A stretch of 62,128 bases of DNA, the filler included, from Pirum gemmata (taxonomy: Eukaryota), in assembly GCA_002812295.1 (NCBI GenBank). It is 15 parts of 15 records of this genome, joined end to end, with 100 filler letters (N's around TTAATTAATTAA, not from the genome) between each part and the next. Parts side by side here need not be neighbours in the genome. Positions count along the whole stretch, not along the records: positions 1 to 3,960 come from PDIN01001624.1; positions 4,061 to 8,101 come from PDIN01001625.1; positions 8,202 to 12,182 come from PDIN01001626.1; 12 more parts are not named here. The stretch is one strand, 5' to 3'. Below the pieces are notes generated by a model. The model worked only from the letters and a program-made list of their open reading frames with translations, had not been told where the DNA came from and ran no database searches. Position 1 is the stretch's first letter, and each line of letters begins with the position of its first letter. Below are positions 1 to 11,013 of this stretch, piece after piece. The position numbers and the translations under genes were made by a program.

Positions 1-33
<33 letters not shown>

Positions 34-454
34 TTAAAAAAAGAAAAGAGAAAGAAAAACAGAAAACGTATTATTTTATTTTTGAAGATTTGTAAACTAA
101 CTTTTACTGTTGTTGGAAAAAAAGAAGATTTTTATATTCTGTATTAGATCAACAATTTATCTCCATTTATACTTTTTTTTTGGGGATTTTTGATAAAAAC
201 GTTGAATAGACTCTAGCTAGCTAGCTAGCTAGACCTACGTAACGTAGATACTGCAGCTGCCTGAGTGTCTATGTCTGAGTGTCTCCTGGCTGCCTGGAGG
301 CTAGATCTGCCTGGTATGATTATTTTATAGACTAGCTAGACTCTAGTAGCTAGCTAGTAGTAGCTAGATAGTGAGAAATTTTTCAGATAGCTAGAGCTAG
401 CCAGTCTACCTAGAGTTTTTTCTTTCTGCCTTTTTATATATTTTTTAGAAAAAA

Positions 455-675
455 CAGACAAGCCAGATAAACCCACCGTATGAGCTCAAAATCTGAAAAA
501 TATCAAAATAGCTCAATTTTAATAAAAGTACTACCAAAATCTGAGGAATCTTCTAACTAAGAAAATTCTATTATGAACCAATGGCCAGTTTTTAATAATT
601 ATTTGGCCTAATAACATTAGACTGTAACATTAGAAAAGAAGTCTAAAAAAAATTGATTTCAACAGTTTTGGTTGT
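455..675 (+). mobile_element. MITE family E copy (CAC...GTG-ended, ~240 bp); others at 4218-4452, 5265-5430 (partial), 29355-29606, 46385-46610 (-), 51225-51400 (diverged)
   Basis: Shared core ATGAGCTCAAA...CTCTATTATGAACCAATGG...AGAAAAGAAGTCTAAAA; imperfect TIR CACAGCCARGCCGGATAAAA best seen at 29355/29606. Confidence 0.75.
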
Positions 676-1224
676 TAAAAAGTATTTCAAACTGAGCAGC
701 AGCGAGCAGGCAGGCCCGCTCGATGAGCAGCTGCACACATTACACAATGCACATTGAGTAGATCAAGTGAGTATCACTCAAGTATGATAATATTATGATA
801 GCAGCCAGCCCAATTCACTCAAACCATTGAAGGATGGCCTGGATGGCAGAAATAGCTGCAGAAATGCCAAAAAATAGTCAAAAAATCCACTGAAAAAATC
901 TAGTCTACAGAACTAAGTCTACAGAGAGTCTATCCTATCACACTTCTACTAGTAGCTAGCTAGCTAGCTAGCTATCATAGCACTTCTATCTGATCACTGA
1001 AAAATGAAAATCTGACTCTGAAGCCTATTCATAATCTGTATTCTGAATCTGTATTCATACTACATGCTAGCTACTAGCTAGCTAGCTAGCTAGAGACCAG
1101 CTACTATAGTAGTCCAAACTATGATAAAAAAGTCACTTTTAGTTAGCGAACTTAGCGTAGCTAGCTAGCTAGCTAGTAGTAGCTAGCTAGACTACTAAAC
1201 TGACCAGCTATGTATCATAGCTAC

Positions 1225-1625
1225 TGCTTTTCATTTATGTTGTCACTCTGAGTATTTATTTGGTTGTTTATAACGGTTAAATTGACATTTTTAAATGAAC
1301 AATTAGATAATAAAATATACAAAATTAAAAGTGAAGTGGATTATACTGTATTAATTTGGTAATTTTTATTGTATATTTTATGATGACAGAACAACCGAAA
1401 AGCACTATAGTATTCATAGAAAGGAGTTAGTCTAGAGAACACTACAGAACAACACTTATCAATAGCTCAATATGATATCGATAATAGTGCTTTTCATTTA
1501 TTTTGTCACTCTGAATATTTATTTGGCTGGTTATAATATACCAAATTAAATGAAATGTATTTATATGGTATTAATTTGGAACTCTTTATTGTATATTTTA
1601 TGATGACAAAACAACTAAAAAGCAC
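1225..1625 (+). mobile_element. Two adjacent MITE family A copies (1225-1405, 1487-1625)
   Basis: Ends GTGCTTTTCA...GAAAAGCAC; shared core ATACCAAATTAA...ATTAATTTGGTA. Confidence 0.8.
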
Positions 1626-1927
1626 GATAATAATTATATATTATGAGTAGTCTTATGAATTTTATAGGTATAAATGTTGATAATAATTTATCCACAGATA
1701 TCCTAAAAATCCTTGAATTATTATTATCGAAAACATGCTATCAAGTGCAGAACTATGATAGCTTAGTAACTAGCTAGAAGTTAGCTAGAACTAACAAAAT
1801 TTGAGCGCTTTTCGAAATGAATTTTCATTTATGGAATAAAAATATTACTATTAGGGTATTTTATTATCTTTTTTTAGTATCAAGTCATGATACTGAGAAG
1901 TTGAGAAAGTGTTGAGTTGAGAACTAC

Positions 1928-1955
1928 CAAGGACTTCAAATTTTTGAAGTCCTTG
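1928..1955. mobile_element. 28-bp CAAGG...CCTTG hairpin mini-element; relatives at 23515-23587, 33627-33661, 49823-49859
   Basis: Near-perfect palindrome flanked by GAACTAC/GAACTAT. Confidence 0.55.
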
Positions 1956-3453
1956 GAACTATGTATTATTATACCTTTTTTCATCTCATTTTTTTTTCTT
2001 TTTTTTTTTTCCCTAACTCTAGTTTTTTTTCTTCTACGTAGCTAGCTAGCTAGCTAGTAGTAGACTAGCTATGATATCAATTCTTCTCCTTTGTCACCGG
2101 TAGGCGGGTCTAATTTAAAAAATAATAATAATAACAATAAAATAAGAAAGACTCGAGAAAAAATTATTGTAAAATATGTTACTTTTCTAGCTAGGTTACT
2201 TATCTGGGTTACTTATCCGATAACTAAAAAGCTAGCAATATAATACAGTAGCCATTTATCACATTTAACCGTTATCACGTTTATTAATCGATCCTATTTG
2301 ATTACAATCACACATATTTTTAATTTAATCTTTAAAATACAGCTGGCAACAACTAGTAGCACTGCTACAAGAACAACAACAACAACTAATACCAATACCA
2401 TTACTAATACTACTAATACGATAGCTAATACTATGATACAACTATCATACTTACTACTACTACTGAGTAGGTTGTCTATAAGCTGAGATATTTCTAAAGT
2501 GGTTTGGAACCAAGTATAGTAGGTAGTATAGTAAGAGTATCTGATAGTCTACCGGTATTTATTTATAAATTGTAAAAAAAGAAAATTGAACAAACTTTTT
2601 TTGGCACGTATTATTAAAATGTAGGAGGTTAAAAATTAAAATACCCAGCTGGTTACCCCCGGCAGACCCCCAGGTCTACTTACTTTTATTGATTTTTTTT
2701 TATATTATAATATAGCTTATAATATGTACTTTTATCGATTTTTTTTATATTTATAAATATTAAAGAGCGTTAACAAAGAGGCATTTTAAAATTAACTACT
2801 ATAATATCATACTAGTGATGTTTATGCATGCATCATGTGACTCTCCGGATTTTAAAAAAATTAAAAAGCTAACCTAGAAGTAACCTAGAGCTTTTTTTAA
2901 AAAAAAACAAGCAAACTTCGTTATTGAATTTTCTTCATAACATCATTATTACCCATTCTATAAACATTTATATTTTGTTACCAGGATGTCACTTTATAGC
3001 TCACAAAAGCCAAAATAAAGTGAAAAAAAAGTAAATCTACACTATCTAGATTTTTTTACTAATTATTTCCCTGAAAAAAAATTGCCAAAAAAAGGCTTTT
3101 TTTTATTCCAAATTAAGATTTGTTTTTTTAGCTCGATGCAGTTTTTTTTCATTTTCGAATACAAATCAACATAAATGGTACGTCATCATAAAAAAAAAGC
3201 ACCCATCCTTCATCTTTCATTGTCTACAAAAAAAAATTGGGAGAGATTTCACCAATGAAAATTGATAATTTAAACATCTACTAGCCTAATTTCATCCAAA
3301 ATTCGAAACTTTCAAATTTTGCTTTGTTTAATTCAATTAAAAGTCATTATTAAATATTTAAATTTTATTGAATATATTTAATTAGCTCAACAAGAGATAT
3401 CAGGAACTATTGGACAAAAAACCGGAAACCTTTGTAATAGACCTAAAAAACTC

Positions 3454-3493
<40 letters not shown>

Positions 3494-3690
3494 AAATATA
3501 TAAGCTTTCTAGTAAAGAAATAAACTAAACCACAAAACCACAAAACCACAAAACTACAAAACTACAAACTACGAAACTACAAAACCACAAAACCTCACAA
3601 ACCTAAAAAACCACAAACATTATAAAACATTACAAAAACTCACAAATCAAAACAACAGTGCACAACTAACTTCAACCCTCCCTCTCACAG

Positions 3691-3795
3691 GTACAGTTAC
3701 AGCGTTAGTTGGGCAATCTGGAGGCGGAAAAAGCACTATTGTAAGTTTAATAGAACGATTTTACGATCCTGATCATGGTTATATTGCAGTTGATG
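3691..3795 (+). CDS. Internal exon of an ABCB-type ABC transporter (nucleotide-binding domain, Walker A)
   Basis: CTAAC branch (3666), CAG acceptor, GTAAGT donor; translates (G)[34 protein letters not shown](G); too short for the ORF track. Confidence 0.92.
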
Positions 3796-3960
3796 GTAAG
3801 TTACTACTGCTACTACTGCTACTATTACTTCTACTACTACTAACACTACTTACAACAACAACAACTACTACTACAACTACTAGTTACAACTGCAACAACA
3901 ACAACAACAACAACAACAACTACTACTACTAATACTAATACTACTACTACTACTACTACT

Positions 3961-4060
3961 NNNNNNNNNNNNNNNNNNNNNNNNNNNNNNNNNNNNNNNN
4001 NNNNTTAATTAATTAANNNNNNNNNNNNNNNNNNNNNNNNNNNNNNNNNNNNNNNNNNNN
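3961..4060. other. Artificial contig linker (N-run, TTAATTAATTAA, N-run); also at 8102, 12183, 16317, 20405, 24521, 28455, 32517, 36586, 40722, 44834, 49008, 53119, 58069
   Basis: Identical 100-bp block with a six-frame stop core recurring every ~4 kb. Confidence 0.97.
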
Positions 4061-6845
4061 AAAAAAAAAAAAAAAAAAAATCGATCTCTATTATTCCAAT
4101 TAATATTTGTGTGCAGAATTTTGTATTTATAAAATCGATTATCGAGCTGTCATTTATGTGAAATGTTTGGCATAATTTCTTCGCCTACTTACTAGTATTA
4201 TTATTATTTTTTTTTTAACTACCAAGCCGGATAAAAATGGCGACATCCTCCATATGAGCTCAAATCCAAAAATCTCAAAATGATCCAATTTTAAAAAAAT
4301 TGCTACCAAAATTTTGAGAAATCTTTTAACAAAAAAACTCTATTATAAACCAATGACTTATTTTATAAAATAATTTGGCTAGTTAGTATTAAAGGTTTTT
4401 AGAAAAGAAGTCTAATAAAAATGATTTCTACAGTTTTATCCGGTTTGGCTGTTAAAAAAAAAACTAATTTATAATTTATTGTGTTATTTATTTATTTATA
4501 TTATTTATTTATTTATATTATTTATTTATTTATTTGTTTATTTAATTCCAACTTAATTCAAGTATTTATTTTATTTTATTTTATTTATTCATTACCAATG
4601 ATCTGTACATCCAGTGTTTCAAAAGCAACTAGGTAGGTCGCACTTCTTAAAATTAAGGACCGAACTGAAACGCATTGGCTGTTCAGAAAATCATCTCCAT
4701 TATGATAAAGAAGCTTGTAAAGGGAAATCAAATGTACTAATTGACAAGGGGATCGAGAAAACTTCGAGAAACCTGCTCACCTTAAGCTTCATGTTCTAAC
4801 ATCCAAGTCGCCAAAGAACAAAGCCAAATTTGAGCACAAGAAGAAAAAATATATATCTTAGCTTGTATCAAACTTACCTGAATCAGCCCATCACAAAGAG
4901 GTACTGGTTAACTCGTGGGTGTGGGTGTGGATGGGTGGTGTGGATGTATTACAGCAGAAGTAAATAAAGCCCTACAAGCCGTCGTAGCACTTACAGTCAA
5001 GCTAGACGCTCTACTATGTAAAGGAGATCAAATGCTGAACAACGTTAACAACCACAATCATCAATCAGTCCAGCACGACCTGGCAGAATGGACCGCCTAG
5101 AACAAGAAATCACTCTCCTTATTAATTAATGGGTATCATCAAACAAAAAGAAAACATGACCATCAATTGACTTAGGGCTAGGGTTACAATGTCATGCATT
5201 TCTTGTAAGTTGGCTATTGTTAAACTTTATTTACTTATTATTATTATTTTATTGTTATTTTTAAAAATCCAAAAATCTTAAAATGATCCAATTTTAATTT
5301 ATAGTACTACCAAATTCTGAGAATTATTTAACTAATAAAACTCTATTATGAACCAATGGCTAGTTTTTAAAAATAATTTAACTGGATATTTAGAAAAGAA
5401 GTCTAAAAAAAAAAAATGATTTCTACACTATTTCAGCTACTATTTCTACAATTTTTTATACTCTAGATTTTATTCTATTTGACTGAAAAAAGAAAAAAAA
5501 TTAAAAATATTAATATATATTTTTTTTATATGATAATAATAATATAATTAATTTTTATAATAACATCGATATTTTTGTCGATACAATATTTTAATTAAAA
5601 CAATAAATTAAAACAATAACAATATATAACAATAACAATAAAAATAACAATAACAATAACAATAACAATATATAACAATAACAATAACAATAACAATAAC
5701 AATAACAATAACAACAATATTTTAAATAACGTTAACACATGCACTCATCAACAATATTGTTCTTATAATAAATTAATATAGCAATATTAATAACAATAAA
5801 AATAAAAATAAAAATAAAAAATACCCCGAACAAAAATAACAAAAACAAAAATATTATAATAACGTTATACATATTATATCGATAATATATTAATTATAAT
5901 TATTAAATTTAACTAAATAATATTATAATTACTATTTTATTAATATAACGTTTTAACATTATTAATAATAAAATGTATTATACAACAACGTAATATTAAT
6001 ATCAATAGCTATATATATTATAACAATATTTAGCAATAACAGTAATCATGAACGTTAACAATAACAATATTTATTAATACAATATCAATTGCAATAATAT
6101 TAGCAATAAAAATACCAGTACGTATACGTACTAGTATCAATAATATATATAACAATAACAATAGCAATGACAATTTATATATATATAACATGCTCAATAA
6201 ATATATAACTATAGCTATATATATAATTACATATTATATTAATAACTATACATAATATAACTTTAACTATATATAGCTACAACTATTAAATAACATATAA
6301 TACGCATGTGTATTAATACAATATTAATATAATTAGCAATAACAATAACGTTACTGTTAAAATACAACGTTCATATATATTATATATAACAATAGCAATT
6401 AATATATATATATAGCACCAAGAATCAGAATACGAATACGAATACAGATTAATAAGAATAACTATTATTAATATAAAATCAACCCTAGCCCAACCCTAAT
6501 AACCCTAACCTAACCCTAAACCCTAACCCTAACCGTAACCATAATCACTTTACAAACTACTTAAATTTAGCATGCATATTAATATGCATATGGGTGTCAG
6601 TTATTAAGCTTTCCCTCTCTGACGTCACGACCAACGCTAACAAATAAAAATAATGAATAAAAAGTAAAATAACAGTATTAATATTGGTATTATTCTAGTA
6701 AAAGTTATTAAAAGTATTCATATTAATTAATAATTAGTATATATGATATTAGTAATTAAGTATTCTGAAGTGTATTATTATCGATAGTATTCGACTATTA
6801 ATTAATATTATTAGTAATATTGATATTGGTATTTATAAATAAATA

Positions 6846-7000
6846 GTGCTTTTCAGTTTTGGCATCATAAAATATACAATAAAAAGTACAAAATTAATAT
6901 AAAATAAATCAATTTTATTTAATTTGGTATATTTTACTAGCTATTTATTCATTTAAAAAATGTCAATTAAAGGTTATAATCTACCAAATAAATATTCAGA
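6846..7000 (-). mobile_element. MITE family A copy
   Basis: GTGCTTTTCAGTT end and family core in reverse orientation. Confidence 0.7.
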
Positions 7001-7222
7001 GGGAGATGCAGGAAATATAATCAAATCAAACAGCTCGATCTTAATTATTAAATAGTAAATTTTGAAGTGAGATTCTTATTTTTTTCGAGTTACAAGTTTC
7101 CTATGAAGTTTCTTATAATCTTTTAGAATTAAATTTTTCTAAGAATCGAAAAGTAAGTCAATACTTAAAATTAGATCGAAAATTTAGAAAATTTCGAATT
7201 AGACTCGATTCGATGGTTTTCT
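6998..7222 (+). mobile_element. MITE family F copy; others at 8660-8860 (-) and 40822-41030
   Basis: Shared AATCAAACAGCTCGATC...AAAATTAGATCGAAAA...CTCGATTCGATGGTTTT; CACCGTAC terminus at 8860 (-). Confidence 0.7.
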
Positions 7223-7228
7223 AGCATT

Positions 7229-7500
7229 AGACCCTAACCCTCTAACCCTAACCCTAACCCTAACCCTAACCCTAACCCTAACCCTAACCCTAACCCTAAC
7301 CCTAACCCTAACCCTAACCCTAACCCTAACCCTAACCCNNNNNNNNNNNNNNNNNNNNNNNNNNNNNCTAACCCTAACCCTAACCCTAACCCTAACCCTA
7401 ACCCTAACCCTAACCCTAACCCTAACCCAGACCCTCAGAGCCCAGACTCTAACCCTAACCCTAACCCTAACCCTAACCCAGACCCTAACCCTAACCCCTA
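7229..7500 (+). repeat. Interstitial telomeric (CCCTAA)n array with internal gap
   Basis: Direct reading; shorter degenerate array at 6480-6545. Confidence 0.95.
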
Positions 7501-8048
7501 CTAGCTATCTGATACTAGCTAGCTAGATAGATAGTAGGGTCTAGCTACTAGCTAGCTACTAGTGTTAAAGGTGTAGATGATCATAATAAAAAAAAGATCT
7601 TTCTTTTATTACCCTTTTTTTTATCTTATCTTTTCTTTTTTCTTATACATAAATAATTATAAAAAAGATCCATTTTTTTATAATCGAAACTTTCAAACCT
7701 ATTCATTATCTATTCATTACTTTTGTTCGAAAATTAAAAATTTTAGTGAAGCCCAAAAGTTGGGCGTTTTTAAAAATTGTTTGCACAATATATAAATAAA
7801 AAAAAAAAAAAGAATTTTTTTTCTTTTAGACAACGAGAGAAAAAAGTGAGAAAAAACTGCAATGAAAAATGTAAATCAAACATCAAAATTGTTATTATTT
7901 GATACAACGTAATAAAAGGGGTACTTTTTTATATTTGTTTTCTTTTTAAAAAATATCAGCTATTAAATAAATGCTACCAAATAAAAATTGAAGGAACACG
8001 AGATATTTATATTTGGTACCTGACTAACTATTATAAGTCTATTATATT

Positions 8049-8082
<34 letters not shown>

Positions 8083-8974
8083 GTATTATATAAAAGAATA
8101 ANNNNNNNNNNNNNNNNNNNNNNNNNNNNNNNNNNNNNNNNNNNNTTAATTAATTAANNNNNNNNNNNNNNNNNNNNNNNNNNNNNNNNNNNNNNNNNNN
8201 NATAATAATAATAATAATATCAAAAAATGACCAAAAATGGCTATAAAATAACCAAAAATGGCTATAAAATCAACAAAATTATCAAAAAATCAACAAAACA
8301 GTAAGCAAAATTAGCAAAAAATGACCAAAAAATCAACAAAATTATCAAAAAAATCAACAAAAAAGTAAGCAAAATAGCCAAAAAAAATAAGTAAAAACGT
8401 CCAAAACATAAGCCTAAAAATGATAAAAAGTACCAAAAAAAAAAAAAAAAATCAAAAAATAAAAAAAAAAAAATAANNNNNNNNNNNNNNNNNNNNNNNN
8501 NNNNNNNNNNNNNNNNNNNNNNNNNNNNNNNNNNNNNNNNNNNNNNNNNNNNNNNNNNNNNNNNNNNNNNNNNNNNNNNNNNNNNNNNNAAAAAAAAAAT
8601 TAACGAAACTGAAATTACCCCTCTATTTTTTTTCATTTATTATTATAATCAAACTGGGATATTGGTTTGAAATTTTCGAAATTTTTCGATCTAATTTTAA
8701 GTATTGACTCATTTTTGATTTCATTAAAAAATTCTTAGAAATTTCATAGAAAAAACTTAAAGCTCGAAAAAAAAAATCAATCATTTCAAAATTGTCACTC
8801 TTTAAAAATTAAGAACGAGCTGTTTGATTTGATTATGTTTTCCCGTATCTCTGTACGGTGAGAGGGGCTAAATAACTGCTAAATAGGTCGTACCTGGCCG
8901 GGTAAATTTTTTTTTTTTGCCCAGTCCCTTGGCTTGCCTAATATACATATATACATACAAACACTTTTAAAAAA

Positions 8975-9122
8975 AACATCCTACTTTTTTTTACTAATTA
9001 AAAGTCCAACCTTTTTTTTTATTATGTTCGAAAATTTCAAATCTATTAAATATTTATATTTGAAAACTAAATGAAAAATTGTGAATCTCAAAAGTTAGAC
9101 GTTTTTTTAAATTGTTTGCATC
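8975..9122 (+). mobile_element. MITE family G copy; others at 7690-7790, 35513-35682, 36288-36462, 57480-57677
   Basis: Shared TGTTCGAAAATT...GTGAA.CCCAAAAGTTGG.CGTTTTT...TTGTTTGC; inverted AAACAAT...AAAAACGTCC at the other end. Confidence 0.7.
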
Positions 9123-9404
9123 TTTATGACGTAATGTCACCTTTTCTTATATTTATGTCACTCCTCCGGCTTGGTGACTGTGCCAAAGCAATATCTAAAA
9201 CAAGAAAAAAAAGTATTAATAAATATTTCTACGGTTTTATATTACGTCATCATATTTTTTTTAAGAGTGATTATTATTTATTTTCGCAATTTTGCCGCGT
9301 TTTTTAAAGTAATATAATTAAAAGATTTTCGTTATATTCGCATTAGTTTCGTATTTTTTTCCTCTCTCTTTTTTTTGAACACCTTTTCAGGTTGTTTTTT
9401 TATC

Positions 9405-9414
9405 CGACGTGGCA
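9405..9414 (+). promoter_or_regulatory. UPRE/XBP1-like ACGT site CGACGTGGCA ~300 bp upstream of the bZIP ATG; CRE-like ATGACGTAAT (9126-9135) and its inverse (9241-9250)
   Basis: 9/10 match to TGACGTGGCA; function is inference. Confidence 0.3.
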
Positions 9415-9714
9415 TTCCCGATTTTTTTTTTTTTTTTTTTACAAAAATAGCAAAAAAAAAAAGGAAAAAAAAATAATAAAAAAAAAAAAAAAAAAAAGAA
9501 AAACTTGAAAAAAGAGTAAAAATAAAAAAATGAAAAAAATTGAAAAAATAAATTTATTTGAAATTTGAAGAAAATGAATTTTTTTGAAATTGTTAAATGT
9601 CGGAAATAATAAATAATAATAAATAATAATAAGTAATAAATAATAATAATAATAAATAATTAAAATAATAAATATTAATAATTAACAATAATTAATCATA
9701 AATAATAAACAATA

Positions 9715-10149
9715 ATGTCTATAAAAGCTGAAACTGCGTTTAAGCAGGGTCCACTATTTAATAAAAAAAAAACAATAACAAAAAAGAAAAAACCTTTAAC
9801 TTTAGAAGAAAAGCATGAAAAAAGGAAAGCCCAAAATCGAAGATCAGCACAGAGAGTTCGAGACTTAAAGAAGAATGTGGTTGAAAATAGAGAATTGCTT
9901 TTAGAAAAAAATATCGAATACACTAAAGAAAAGCGCTCACAACTTCGTGTTTTGGAAAATAAAAACAAACAATTAAAAGCAGAGTTGAGTAAACTGATAT
10001 TTTTGTTTGAAGATGCTATTGAACAATGCAATGACACAGAGAAAAGAACGAATTTGGAAAGAAAACTTGAAAATATGAAAGGACAGTTGAATGTTATGAA
10101 TGAAAATAAATCAGTAACAAAGGCGGATATACAAGAACAACAACAGCAA

Positions 10150-10181
<32 letters not shown>

Positions 10182-10225
10182 ACAACAACAGCAGCAGCAA
10201 AAACAGCAACAACAGCAACAACAGC

Positions 10226-10276
<51 letters not shown>

Positions 10277-10980
10277 CACAAGTACAAGACGACTATGAAA
10301 TTATTCATTCTTGTGGTTCTTCTTTTTCTATTGAAAGCCCTGTTGCTTATTTTGAAAATTCATATTCGCCTATTGATTCTGGAGATGAAGCTCCTACAAT
10401 TCAATTCAACTATTTTCAAAATACTATTTCCGACGCTGATGTATTTCCTCCTGTCTCGAAATGTTATACACAAACCGATAACATGATGGTAGATAACAAT
10501 AGTGTTGATTTTGAAAATTTTAGTTTTAACGATATTTATGTTCCTGATGGCAAGGATTTGTTCAATCTTGTACCTATGGCAATAGAAGACTATGATGCAA
10601 ATAGGAATGAAATGTTTAAGTTGTTCAGTTTTTCAACTACAAAAGAAGAAGATACTAAATCAGCGAACAGTATTATTGATAATAATACTACCGATTCAAT
10701 GGAAATGGACGAATTATTGACTGGTGCTGATTTCAGTGTTGTACCGGGAACTCCTCCTTTGATTAACAATCTTCTATTCAAAAATGACAAAAATAATGGT
10801 AATTCTGAAATAATAACACCCGACAGCTCTGACGATAATGTTTTGGTTTTAGACGAAGCTAATATCAAAATTACTCCACCTTCGTCTCTTAGCTCTCTTG
10901 ATATGAATGACTATACTATACCTGTAGAGAATGGTAGTAACAACAATACTAAAAATGACTTTGTTAACTCACCACCTCTT

Positions 10981-11013
<33 letters not shown>

